Made by a program: the position numbers and the translations under genes. Positions 42,697-53,139 of a stretch of DNA of 64,000 bases are shown here, piece after piece. The notes below the pieces were generated by a model. That model ran no database searches. It saw only the letters and a list, made by a program, of their open reading frames with translations, and was not told the DNA's origin. Location: the NCBI GenBank assembly GCA_963666985.2, contig CAXXIA010000002.1, positions 1,824,001 through 1,888,000 of the forward strand, in the 5' to 3' direction. Within the stretch, counting starts at the first letter, position 1. Each line of letters opens with the position of its first letter. This stretch comes from Spirochaetia bacterium (GTDB lineage Bacteria > Spirochaetota > Spirochaetia > DSM-2461).

Positions 42697-43260
42697 TTAT
42701 TTTTTGGCAAACGCCGATAATCCATTACGTACAACTCTGATCATATTAACATTTTCTTCAAAACGATCAAGAATTTCAGCATAAATTTCGATACATTGCT
42801 GATCTGGACGTGTTACAGTTTTCTGAAGAAGGTGATAGACGTCTTTTTCATGAAGCCCTTTTTCTGCTAATTTAATCTGTAACTCTCGTTTTGTCTCATT
42901 AAGTTGAATATGACCTAGTGCTGTTTCCTTTAGTATAGAAAGCATTCGATCAAATTCATTCTGTAGACCTTTCTTTTGCTTTTCAAATTGTCTTTTTTCT
43001 GTCATTAACCGAACTACAATTGCTACACCAACACCCGCTACTACACCGACAAGCAATGTCACAATTCCGAGAGTGAGGGTTAGTACATTTAAAGAAAAAG
43101 AAAAGAAATTATTTGAATCATCAGGAGATAGTAATCTCTCACCTGGACTAGTCATTGAGGATTGAGAGGAATGGTCAGCACCAATCTCAGCATGCATATC
43201 TTGAGTTTGAGCAGAAAGACAAGCACTAAATAATAATATAAAAATGGCTAATCTTTTCAT
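42697..43260 (-). CDS. Hypothetical membrane protein (signal peptide plus TM)
   Basis: Start overlaps the response-regulator stop. Confidence 0.7.
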   Translation of the reverse strand: MKRLAIFILLFSACLSAQTQDMHAEIGADHSSQSSMTSPGERLLSPDDSNNFFSFSLNVLTLTLGIVTLLVGVVAGVGVAIVVRLMTEKRQFEKQKKGLQNEFDRMLSILKETALGHIQLNETKRELQIKLAEKGLHEKDVYHLLQKTVTRPDQQCIEIYAEILDRFEENVNMIRVVRNGLSAFAKK

Positions 43261-43628
43261 ATAGCTATTGATCTTCTCAGTGTTTCAAGGTCAATTGGTT
43301 TTTCAACAATATTCAACTTAGTATCTTTTGGAAAAGCTTGAAGAAGCTCACTTCGTGATCTTGCTGATATTACGAGTATGGGTACTTTTTTATTTTTGGC
43401 CCGAATTCGTTGATATAACGCAATGCCTGTTTCTTTTGCTTCTTCAGGATCCATAGAATCCGCGAGTTCCATCATTATGTCTAAAATTATTATATCCTTT
43501 TTCACAACTTCATTTAAATCAGTAATTACTCCTTCAGCATCTGTATATATACTAACTGAATGATGTTTCTTTAGCAGTCTATAGTTTTCAACAGCATCCG
43601 GGTCATCTTCGATAATGACTATTTTCAT
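43257..43628 (-). CDS. Single-domain response regulator
   Basis: IIEDD, IILDIMM, ISAR and EKP motifs. Confidence 0.9.
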   Translation of the reverse strand: MKIVIIEDDPDAVENYRLLKKHHSVSIYTDAEGVITDLNEVVKKDIIILDIMMELADSMDPEEAKETGIALYQRIRAKNKKVPILVISARSRSELLQAFPKDTKLNIVEKPIDLETLRRSIAI

Positions 43629-45750
43629 ATCTATCCTCCTGATCATATCTCACTGGTAAAGAAAACGAAAACACTATAATTGAACCATTCTGTTCAACGG
43701 AAACTTTACCACCATGAAGTTCAACAATTCTTTTAACAAGAAATAAACCAATTCCAGTCCCCTCCATTTTACGAAGCATCGGTGCTTTGCCCCTAACATA
43801 TTTCTCGAATATTATAGACTTTTCTTCCTCTGTAATATGATATTTTGAAGTTTTATTTAAAACTCGAACCCACAAATAGCTATCAATAACTTCACCATAA
43901 ATTTCAATATAAGAGTCTTTATCAGAATATTTAATTGCGTTTTCAATTAACGCATGAAAAGCCATAGATATCGCAATAGAATCACTATATGCGCTGTTTA
44001 AAAGAGAGTTCTTATTCTCGTGTATAATTCTTCTTCGTCTTCTTGCATAAGGCTTTGCAAAGGCTAATACCGGTGCTATGGATTCCAAATAAATGTTTCT
44101 ATATTTTTTCTCTTTTACTACTTCTTCTGGATTTAACGTAAGAGATTTCACTATCCATTCTAGGCGGGCTGCTGTTGATCGAAAATCTCTAAAATAATTA
44201 GAAAATTCTTTTGGTAAGGTATCTTCTTCAATCATACCGTGGGTATGCATTAATTCTATTATTCTATCAGGAGCAAATAGGAAAGAACTGATTGGAGTTC
44301 GTACCTCGTGGCGAAATGTCCGCATATAATCAGTAGCTTGCTCAAGTTCCACTTTTCTTTTTTCTGCAAGCTCTTGTCTTTGTTTATAAGTTTGCTTCTG
44401 ATCAATAAGATTCGCTGTTTGCTCAGCAACACCTATAAGATTATGTATATCAATACTACAGAACTGCGAAGGCTGGTTCCCATCTGTTTCAACCTTATTT
44501 TTACATCTAATAACTCCAAGAAATTCGCCTGTGTGATTTCGAATCGGTACTGCCAACCAGTTCCTTGGTTTTGTAATTGTTGGATCATTAACAATGCGCG
44601 AATTTCTTGGATCATTTTCAATGTCATAAGAGCATTCAAATCTCAATTTGGGTTGATTTATAAAATTGGTTGTAAGAGCCTTAGAATCGATTTGATAGTA
44701 CTCATTATGTTCTGATGTATTAACATTCATGCCTAGTGTACCCAATGAAATTCTTGTTATTCGACGTAGCTGTTTTTCATAAATGAACATTGCACAAGAT
44801 TCCCAGCCAAGAAATTTGCATACAGATTGCGTTATTTTGTTACCGGAGATCTTAATGCTCCATTCTAACTCAATCGCACTTATCTCTCTCTTAACGCTAT
44901 TTAAATCTATAAAACGATCAAAAAACCGTCCAGCTAGATCTCTCTCCAGAATCGAACGCAATAGATTTACCGTCTCAGTTTGGATAATTAAACCGGTATG
45001 CTTGGAGTAGAAAAGAATCAACAGTTTAAGACTCTCTTCTCTTTTATTGTCTGGAGCGCTTACCCAAACTACATTTGCAAATCTCAGATTTGCATTCATA
45101 ATATCAGGTGTTATGCCTGCTTCTATTCTATAATTGCTATGTAGTTCCATACGTTCTACAGCGTTTTGGAAAATTGGAGATAGATCAAGATCGGCATACT
45201 CCTGTAAACATTTTATACTGCCACATAATCGAGTAAAAGCCTGAGTCATGCTGTTATAAATCCAAGCTGAGTACTCGTCGCAAAACATATATTTTGTAAA
45301 TGACATAAGTATTTTATTGGATGATCGACCGTTATCTACGGTAGAAAGTTCATGCAACAAAATATCTTTAGTTTTTGATTTAAATTGATCTACAAGCCTC
45401 ATTGCTTTCTTGTAAAGACTGTTTTGATATATTGCTGAATATAAAAATAGAACTGAAAAATTAGGTTTTATTATAACTATAGTATTCCCAAAGACAAAGG
45501 CTAAGAATAAGCCAATGCCTTTATCGATAAAATTTCTTCTCCGTGCATTTCTGGCAGTCATTAATCTGAACCGATTAATTCCTTTCGTATATAGTCGAAC
45601 AACTTCATAGGAAGAGTTTTTTCTTATTCGAAACCAATATCTATCCTCGTATTTATGGAATACACAAACCATTTTAGATGACCAGTTGGTATCGTAAGTT
45701 GTGTGTGTTTCCAAATTGAATTCCTTTGCTTGGACAGAATAAAAAATCAT
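43603..45750 (-). CDS. GAF-containing sensor histidine kinase
   Basis: FRHEVRTP, LIENAIKYS and GTGIGL motifs; WLAVPI GAF-like segment. Confidence 0.9.
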   Translation of the reverse strand: MIFYSVQAKEFNLETHTTYDTNWSSKMVCVFHKYEDRYWFRIRKNSSYEVVRLYTKGINRFRLMTARNARRRNFIDKGIGLFLAFVFGNTIVIIKPNFSVLFLYSAIYQNSLYKKAMRLVDQFKSKTKDILLHELSTVDNGRSSNKILMSFTKYMFCDEYSAWIYNSMTQAFTRLCGSIKCLQEYADLDLSPIFQNAVERMELHSNYRIEAGITPDIMNANLRFANVVWVSAPDNKREESLKLLILFYSKHTGLIIQTETVNLLRSILERDLAGRFFDRFIDLNSVKREISAIELEWSIKISGNKITQSVCKFLGWESCAMFIYEKQLRRITRISLGTLGMNVNTSEHNEYYQIDSKALTTNFINQPKLRFECSYDIENDPRNSRIVNDPTITKPRNWLAVPIRNHTGEFLGVIRCKNKVETDGNQPSQFCSIDIHNLIGVAEQTANLIDQKQTYKQRQELAEKRKVELEQATDYMRTFRHEVRTPISSFLFAPDRIIELMHTHGMIEEDTLPKEFSNYFRDFRSTAARLEWIVKSLTLNPEEVVKEKKYRNIYLESIAPVLAFAKPYARRRRRIIHENKNSLLNSAYSDSIAISMAFHALIENAIKYSDKDSYIEIYGEVIDSYLWVRVLNKTSKYHITEEEKSIIFEKYVRGKAPMLRKMEGTGIGLFLVKRIVELHGGKVSVEQNGSIIVFSFSLPVRYDQEDRYENSHYRR

Positions 45751-46031
45751 ATATCAAAAAATTTGATTTAGCAATAAAAAAATAAGCAACTATAAATTAA
45801 ACGAATAAAATTAATTGTATAAAGAAATTAGGCATAAAGGGAATTAGCTGCTTAATCTAAGGAGGGTCTAATTACAGACTTCTTGGGGCGAATGTTAAAT
45901 GACAATTATGATATTCCGTCGCTTACGGCAGGGCAGTTCATTTTAATGAATTGTAACAAGAGTAATGGTGAGTCTTTCCTAAGTATAATTAATGTAGTTT
46001 TTTTGGGAAAGCGGCTAAATACACAGTTTAG

Positions 46032-46161
46032 CAGGCTGTTGAAGAAGAAAGATTTGGTTCGGAGGCAAGGCCGCCGGAGCGCAGAAAGCGCAGTGTAGTA
46101 GAGCTACATGAGCATTTCGAGCACCGCATACGGCCTATAAGATTCTTTTTTCAACAGCCTG
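46032..46161. mobile_element. MITE, 130 bp
   Basis: Terminal inverted repeats CAGGCTGTTGAA/TTCAACAGCCTG; TTAG duplicated on both sides; GC-rich within AT-rich DNA. Confidence 0.8.
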
Positions 46162-46433
46162 TTAGAAATCAAAATAGTTTATAAGCGAGTTAAAATTGTC
46201 TATAATTGATCCAGAATAGTCAAAAAAATTAGAGTAATATTGATGTTGTTTTATGTCTGAAATTGTAGTGTCAATAGTTAATTTGGATATAGTCAATTTA
46301 AAATATAATACTCAGATAATATGAGTAATTTCTTATAGAGGTATTTATATTCTTGATTATGTCATTACTATATGAATTTGTTAATGACAGGTAAGATATA
46401 CTTCTTTGATGGAAGGCTACTAGCACAAGTGAC

Positions 46434-46646
46434 AGATAACAGCTGTTGATGCGCTCCGGCGCCAACTCTCGTTGTCGCCTCCGGGGCTCCGCCCAAATTT
46501 CGTTTTGTCATGACTCTTGCAGATGCGTTTCCGAAAGTGATGTGATACCATCATCAGAGAACAAGGCATTGCTGTAAAATGGCAAGAGCACATGCCAACC
46601 GGCTACGCCGGACACGAAACGTTCGCATAACAGCGGGCCGTTAAAG
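46434..46646 (+). repeat. attC site 22
   Basis: AAC 46438, GTT 46640. Confidence 0.9.
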
Positions 46647-47484
46647 GAAATTCGGACGACGGAATAAAATGGGTCTCTTTTTTGAAGTGTTTTTCTATGG
46701 CAGGCCTTTCCCCTTCATTTGAACAAGTAACAGAAACAGAATTTCTTTGAGTGTTCAGATCTTTTTAACAAGCCTTCCTTTTCTTTGAACGAAACAGGCC
46801 GTTTTGAAGCGGCTTTCTCCTCACCCCCCTCGCCTTTGAGATCATCTTCAAGAAAAAAACCAAAAGCATCGGAATAAAACTCGCTTCGGGATCAGAAGCA
46901 CTTAGTGATAAGGCGGTCGGTTCGGGAGAACTTGTGTCGTGAAGGTTTATGGTTTTTAACGATTATGGGAATCGCTCATGAGAAAATCCTTATCCGTTGA
47001 TGGCTATCGCTTCGGGAAATGAGGCGCTTCCGGTTTGATCGGTTCGCGAGAAAAGGGGTGGTAGCCTGAGAAGAATGAAGGGATGGAGATGAGAAGAATG
47101 GAGATTGTTTTCTCCGTGGTTTTGCCTTTGAGAATAAGGCTGAATGCTTTAAGAGAATACCGGTGTAGAAGGAGAAGACGAACATTCGGATTTACAGAAT
47201 CCGTCCTGAGAGAAAGAGGTCGGGAAAGGCGAATTGCATCGGATGAAGGCCTGAGTAAAGTGATGAGGCGATGAAAGGGAGAATAGGGGTCAGTACGAGA
47301 GAATGGATAGATATTCCGTTAAATGAGTAAAAAGCGGAAGAGGGAAGTCTGTAAAAGGATGAATGAAGAAAAGATGAGAAGGAGAAGGGCAAGAAGAATC
47401 GAAACAAAGGGTCCGGCAAAATGGCGAGGAGGGGTGAGGAGAAGGAGAGGTCTTTATAGATGCGTCGTCCGAACTTCCTTTAAC
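46640..47484 (+). other. Long ORF-less cassette, type L, copy 4
   Basis: Highly similar to copies 1 and 2. Confidence 0.75.
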
Positions 47485-47682
47485 AGCTGTTGATGCGCTC
47501 CGGCGGTAACGATGTTACCGCCTTCGGGGCTTCGCCCAAATTTGCCTCTGTCATAGATTTTGCTTAAGTCTGTCGCTATGGTAAGATGAGTTGTAGTTAG
47601 CGGTTGATGCTGTGAAGATTCGCAAAATCTCCGCCAGTCGCTACGCGAACGGCAAACTTCGCATACCAGCGGGCCGTTTGGT
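47478..47682 (+). repeat. attC site 23
   Basis: AAC 47482, GTT 47676. Confidence 0.9.
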
Positions 47683-47793
47683 GCAATATTAGAAAATGTC
47701 ATAAATTATATCTTTCGGGGATATTGGTACAAGTTTCATTATGTCGGCAAAGTCGTATTGAATTATAGTTATACTTAAGTTATACTTGGCGGT

Positions 47794-48036
47794 ATGAAAA
47801 CGGCAATCTCAATTCCAGATCAATTGTTCAATGACGCTGAGATAACAGCAAAACAATTAGGACTGGCAAGAAGTCAGTTATATGTTAAGGCAATAAAAGA
47901 ATATATAGACAATCATAATAAAGACAAAATACGAGAGAAACTTAACTCAATTTATTCCACAAACACTAACATCACCGAAATTGATAATATCGGAGTTGAT
48001 TCACTTCGCCAGGCAACATTAAATGATACGTGGTGA
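47794..48036 (+). CDS. RHH antitoxin (ChpI-like)
   Basis: MKTAISIPDQLF...ARSQLY. Confidence 0.85.
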   Translation: MKTAISIPDQLFNDAEITAKQLGLARSQLYVKAIKEYIDNHNKDKIREKLNSIYSTNTNITEIDNIGVDSLRQATLNDTW

Positions 48037-48364
48037 AATTTGGTGGGCTGATTTAGGGCTTCCATTCGGAAGTGAGCCTGGATTTAAGCGGCCAGTCGTT
48101 ATAATACAAGACGATTCGTTCAACAAAAGTAAAATTCAAACGGTAATTGTCGCGTCAATAACAACAAATTTAAATTTAGCCGATGCCCCTGGAAATGTTT
48201 ACATAGAATCAGAAGAATCTGGATTATCCAAAGTTGGAGTAATAAACATTTCACAGATATCAACTATAGATAAAAGGCGATTAATAGAAAGGGTAAAGAT
48301 ACTACCGTCTAGTATCATGGAAGAGCTAGATTTTGGAATAAAAATTATTTTGAATATCAGATAG
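48023..48364 (+). CDS. mazF: PemK/MazF-family toxin
   Basis: RGEIWWADL..PFGSEPGFKRPVVIIQ. Confidence 0.92.
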   Translation: MIRGEIWWADLGLPFGSEPGFKRPVVIIQDDSFNKSKIQTVIVASITTNLNLADAPGNVYIESEESGLSKVGVINISQISTIDKRRLIERVKILPSSIMEELDFGIKIILNIR

Positions 48365-48379
48365 ATTTTCTGATACTGC

Positions 48380-48594
48380 ACCAAACAGCTGTTGATGCGC
48401 TCCGAATACATTTGCAAGCAAATGTATTCTCCGGGGCTCCGCCCAAATTTCGCTTTGTCCATGTTTCTTGCAGATGCGTTCCTGGAAGTGGTGTGATAAG
48501 GTGAACAGCGAACAGGCTTTCTGGCGAAGTGCAAGAACGCATGCCAACCGGCTTCGCCGGACGCGAAACTTCGCATACCAGCGGGCCGTTAAAT
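48380..48594 (+). repeat. attC site 24
   Basis: AAC 48384, GTT 48588. Confidence 0.9.
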
Positions 48595-48633
48595 GAACTA
48601 TGAGAATTCTTTATAGCTTGAAGGAGTCGATTT

Positions 48634-51021
48634 ATGGAAAAAATAATAGTTAAAATCGATGCCTGTGGATCAAAAGAGCATGTATCTAAATCAAAAGAAG
48701 AAAACCAAGCAAGAGAAAAACTCCTCCAACAGATTACAAACATTGCGAAAGAAAACTATCCAAAAACTGAAAAAATATACCCAGATGGCACAATATATTC
48801 CGCTCAAGGTGATTGTCTCAATTTAATCCTTGATCGCCCAAACGTTGCACTACGCTCTACGGTCAATTTCATGAAAGCTTGGTACGCTCACCTTGGAACA
48901 TATCCTGATTGCAGAGCTATTATCACAAAAGCTGACGTCGTTGAAAATAATTCCATTGGGAAGATGGAACTCCTATCGCGGGGATTCGAAGAAATATCAA
49001 AGATCGAAAAGCACGCAGATGCTGGAGAAATTCTTATTACAGATCCAATAAGACACGTGGCAGAAAAAGGCACCTTTACTTATACTGGACCTATACCACA
49101 CAGAATCTCTTCCTCTCATACGATAAACTCCTACAAAGTAAATTATCTAAATCCTAGAACGGCTAGTGATAGCAGTTTAGTTCATGCTTTGTTTATTGCA
49201 AATCCGGTATCGGATGCAGTAAGAGTGCGTACATATGAAGTCGTTACGATTGAATTCTTGCTAAATAACACCGGAAAACAATCGGTCGACATCCTAATTG
49301 AGTATTTAAAAAGCAAAGACTTCCCTCAAATTGATAAAAAGACATTGCTAGAAATACTTGGAAGTTCAGAGTATATCCAATCAGTTAACACTGAAATTTC
49401 ACTTAGATCAGGAATTGAGGACAAGCTTCGCGGTTTTCGTGACGTCTACAATACTGAAAGGAAAGAAACTACAGAGTCAATTGCAGAGGAATTAGGTAAA
49501 GCACTAGGCTTAGATTCAGAATATATCCAAGAGAATATTAGCCTCGATAAGTTAATCGAAGAATATATAAGTGCAGTTTTTTTGGAAATCAGAATGATGG
49601 CTAATTTCTATAGGTTAGAAGAGAAGTTTTTTGAACAGCTTGCTATCAATAAATCATATGATCATATTTTTCACCGTCATTTTCAGAAACTCAACCTAAA
49701 GGACGAGGAGATTGACGAATTTAAGAGAATTTTCCTAACAGTTTTAAATAGACACAGTATAGAAGAAAACAAATATTTCGCAGCGATTTTTCATAATGTA
49801 TTGCTAGTCTATTATATGAATAGAAATGATAAGTACATTGTTGAACAAATTGATAATCTTCGAAACAAATATATATTACTGGATACCAATGTACTATACG
49901 CACTTCAATGTAAGGCGAGTGAATATAATTCGTTTATTTCTCATGCAGTTAGTAAACTAAAATCTATCGGCGTAACAATAAATGTTTTTGACCGAAGCGT
50001 TTATGAATACAATGAATCACTTCTAAGTGCGGACCATCAGTATAAAAAGCATGGTGAGATAGCTTTTCGTTTCGACGGATACAATCCCTGGATCTGGAAT
50101 GAATTTAAAACAAATAGGGATGCCTATATGAATGATTTTAGCTATTGCATACAGTTGCACACAATACCTAAGAATCTTGGAAAGACAATTCTTATAGACA
50201 CTGATAATCCTCCAGACGAACTTAATGAAATTAATTTGAATGTTGTTAAGTTAGAACCGTTTTATGAAAAGGAAGATTTAGGAGATTATTACAGTAAGAC
50301 AGCAGAGGCGAAGCGAAAGTGGTTCGATTCAGAGCATACAGTATATTGGCTTGAAAATAGCCAGGAATACGAAGAAAAAGTATTGCACGATGCTAACTGC
50401 ATTAAACATTTGGAATGTGTTGGCGATACACCGTACGAAACGTCGAATATTTTCATTACCTGTGATTTCAGATTTGCAAAGATTCGTAAAATGTTTGATC
50501 CGCATATTAATTACATAACAACAATTAAAGAGTTTCAAGAATTTATGATGCCATATTTACTCCTTGATGTTACTGAAACTGATACGAAAATTGCTACGCC
50601 CAACTTGTTATTAGCATCGGCTATCGGGTCTGAGCTTGCACATACAAAGGAACTTGAAACAGTTGTAGGGGGCTTTCTTAGACACGAACATAAGTCTGCA
50701 TCAGAATTCGAAATATTGAGACGTGTAAAAAGTAAGAAAAGATTTGAAAACATAGAAGAAAAATGTTCATTTGAAAAGCTAAATACAGAGAATAGTAATG
50801 ATTTCATAAATGACGCTTCTGCTTTTGCAGATGATTATCAGTCAACATTAAGAGAAAATCTCTCAAGATCATTTGCACAGAAATCGATCGAAAGAATTAT
50901 GAAAGAAAATGCAGAGCTTAAAGCTCAACTTAAAGAAAAAAATCGTGTGGTTGATGTAGTAGAAAAAAAACAACGGGGCCGGGAAAAATACCAAAGAGCA
51001 CAAAAACGTCGAGTGCCATAG
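48634..51021 (+). CDS. Class III nucleotide-cyclase-like domain fused to a PIN-like domain
   Basis: VKIDACGS, QGDC and KIEKHADAGEILIT in the N-terminus; ILLDTNVL, LHDA and FITCD in the C-terminal half. Domain calls are by eye. Confidence 0.65.
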   Translation: MEKIIVKIDACGSKEHVSKSKEENQAREKLLQQITNIAKENYPKTEKIYPDGTIYSAQGDCLNLILDRPNVALRSTVNFMKAWYAHLGTYPDCRAIITKADVVENNSIGKMELLSRGFEEISKIEKHADAGEILITDPIRHVAEKGTFTYTGPIPHRISSSHTINSYKVNYLNPRTASDSSLVHALFIANPVSDAVRVRTYEVVTIEFLLNNTGKQSVDILIEYLKSKDFPQIDKKTLLEILGSSEYIQSVNTEISLRSGIEDKLRGFRDVYNTERKETTESIAEELGKALGLDSEYIQENISLDKLIEEYISAVFLEIRMMANFYRLEEKFFEQLAINKSYDHIFHRHFQKLNLKDEEIDEFKRIFLTVLNRHSIEENKYFAAIFHNVLLVYYMNRNDKYIVEQIDNLRNKYILLDTNVLYALQCKASEYNSFISHAVSKLKSIGVTINVFDRSVYEYNESLLSADHQYKKHGEIAFRFDGYNPWIWNEFKTNRDAYMNDFSYCIQLHTIPKNLGKTILIDTDNPPDELNEINLNVVKLEPFYEKEDLGDYYSKTAEAKRKWFDSEHTVYWLENSQEYEEKVLHDANCIKHLECVGDTPYETSNIFITCDFRFAKIRKMFDPHINYITTIKEFQEFMMPYLLLDVTETDTKIATPNLLLASAIGSELAHTKELETVVGGFLRHEHKSASEFEILRRVKSKKRFENIEEKCSFEKLNTENSNDFINDASAFADDYQSTLRENLSRSFAQKSIERIMKENAELKAQLKEKNRVVDVVEKKQRGREKYQRAQKRRVP

Positions 51022-51024
51022 TTC

Positions 51025-51295
51025 ATTTAACAGCTGTTGATGCGCGGCGGCCGCTAATGGGATTAGCGGCCTTGGGCCGAGCGATGGAAAACAATGAGTT
51101 TTATGATTTATGTAAAAGGGAGAAATGAAATTGGTTCGGCTCGGCCAAATTTCGCTTTGGCGATGGCTCTTGCAGATGCGTTCTTGAAAGTTGTGTGATA
51201 CTCTGAAGAGCGAACGAGCTTTCTGCTAAGAGCAAGAGCACATGCCAACCGGCTTCGCCGGCCGCGAAACTTCGCATACCAGCGGAACGTTATTC
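51025..51295 (+). repeat. attC site 25 (long variant)
   Basis: AAC 51029, GTT 51289. Confidence 0.9.
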
Positions 51296-51359
51296 GAAAT
51301 GCCTTTTTAAATAAATTTATCCCTCGGCATCCGTGCCTCGGGTATTGGAGACAGTAATA

Positions 51360-52262
51360 ATGAAGATTCCAACATATAAGAAATTTGTTGCTCCAGTTCT
51401 TAAATATTTAGCAAGTGATGGAAAGGCTCATAAAGCTGCAGATGTCTACGAAGGCGTTGCAAATTTAGTGGGTTTAACTGAAGAAGATAAATCTGAACTT
51501 TTACCAAGTGGGGTTCAAGCTGTTTATAAAAATCGTATTGGATGGGCGCAAGATGCAACAAAAAGAAATGAACTAACTTGGAGCCCTTCTCGCGGTGTTT
51601 GGCAAATAACCGAAGCGGGTAATGATTTATTAAGAAAATATAACGGTGAAATTCCTGCTGACATCGAATATACAATTGCTTCAACTAAACGGAATATACG
51701 TTTGTCTGAAATCCAGGAAAATGAAGTTAATTTTGAGAATGAAGAGGAATCTGAGTCAAGTCCAGAAGAAAAAATATACAAAGGGTTGCGTGAAATCAAT
51801 GAAAGTGTCGTTGTCGAACTATTAGAAAGAATATCAGAAATTACCCCACAAGAATTTGAGAAATTAGTTTTAGACGTCCTGCATGCTATGGGTTATGGAA
51901 CTGATAGATCTGACTTACAGAATGTAGGAAAAAGTCATGATGAAGGAATTGATGGGATAATTTCTTTAGATAAACTTGGTCTTGAAAAAGTTTATGTTCA
52001 AGCTAAAAGATGGAAGAATCAAGTTGGAAGCCCTGAAGTTCAAACATTTATGGGAGCACTTCAGCTTAAGGGCGCGAATAAAGGTGTTCTAATATCTTCT
52101 GGACCCATAACAACACCAGCATACGATTTAGCAAAACAAGCACATGGAAATCTTGTTTTAATTAATGGAACCAGACTTGCAGGTCTAATGATTGAATATG
52201 GTATTGGTGTACAACATCGTGTAATTAAAATTGCTAAAGTCGATCAGGATTATTTTGATTAA
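51360..52262 (+). CDS. mrr: Mrr type IV restriction endonuclease
   Basis: NRIGWA, RGVWQIT and DEGIDG...VYVQAKRW motifs. Confidence 0.93.
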   Translation: MKIPTYKKFVAPVLKYLASDGKAHKAADVYEGVANLVGLTEEDKSELLPSGVQAVYKNRIGWAQDATKRNELTWSPSRGVWQITEAGNDLLRKYNGEIPADIEYTIASTKRNIRLSEIQENEVNFENEEESESSPEEKIYKGLREINESVVVELLERISEITPQEFEKLVLDVLHAMGYGTDRSDLQNVGKSHDEGIDGIISLDKLGLEKVYVQAKRWKNQVGSPEVQTFMGALQLKGANKGVLISSGPITTPAYDLAKQAHGNLVLINGTRLAGLMIEYGIGVQHRVIKIAKVDQDYFD

Positions 52263-52334
52263 AAAGATGTTGATTGGTTTCCAAAGTACATCCATGTACT
52301 TTGGAAAAAGGCTTTGAAGTAGTCAAGGCACTTC

Positions 52335-52539
52335 GAATAACAGATGTTGATGCGCTCCGGCTGAAAATGGGATTTTCAGCCTTCGGGCTCTGCCACAGTT
52401 TGCTTTGTCATATCATTTGCGATTTTGAATAAGAAACATGTGTGGTATAATTGGAGTAGTTGAGGGTGCAAAGTTATACGGCAAATGATACGCCAAGCCT
52501 GCGGCGCGCAAACCGTCGCATAACATCGGGCCGTTATCG
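52335..52539 (+). repeat. attC site 26 (divergent)
   Basis: AAC-AGATGTTGATGCG ... CGCATAACATCGGGCC-GTT. Confidence 0.85.
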
Positions 52540-52588
52540 GCTAGAATATTTAAATATAAGAAATTGATAATATTAGAAGGAGAGCTAA

Positions 52589-53089
52589 ATGAAAATCAGG
52601 ACGATTATAGCTTTATTATTATGTTTTCCAATATTTAGTTTGTTTTCTGAAGACATGCCTGTTCTCTATTATAAATTTGGAACAGAAAGAAATCAAATTA
52701 TTTTTGAATTGGGTGAACCTGAATATTTCTTACCGGGTGGTCATCTTCAATATACCTTTTATTCCGGTGCCTCATCTTATGAAAAGATAATATTTCTTAT
52801 TGATGAAAATAACAAATTATTTGCAACCACAATAGACATAGGACTTGATTATTCAACTCCGATTCCCATAGAAGAATTACAAAATAGAGTATTTAAATAC
52901 TATAAAGATTATTTTGAAGGTATATTTGGAGTGCCATATATATCGAATGAAATGGGTCTCTTGTGGAAATTTGATGATGCATTTTGCTTTTTTCAACCAT
53001 ACGTTAAAGATACTTTTTTACGTTTTAAATATATATCAATGCCGAAAGAATATGCTGAAGAGGTAGGATATGGAGAGATTTATCAATAA
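52589..53089 (+). CDS. Hypothetical secreted protein
   Basis: Signal peptide; AGGAG RBS. Confidence 0.72.
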   Translation: MKIRTIIALLLCFPIFSLFSEDMPVLYYKFGTERNQIIFELGEPEYFLPGGHLQYTFYSGASSYEKIIFLIDENNKLFATTIDIGLDYSTPIPIEELQNRVFKYYKDYFEGIFGVPYISNEMGLLWKFDDAFCFFQPYVKDTFLRFKYISMPKEYAEEVGYGEIYQ

Positions 53090-53139
53090 AGTATATTTTT
53101 GCAACAATATAAATAAAACAACAGAGGAAATAGTCGATA

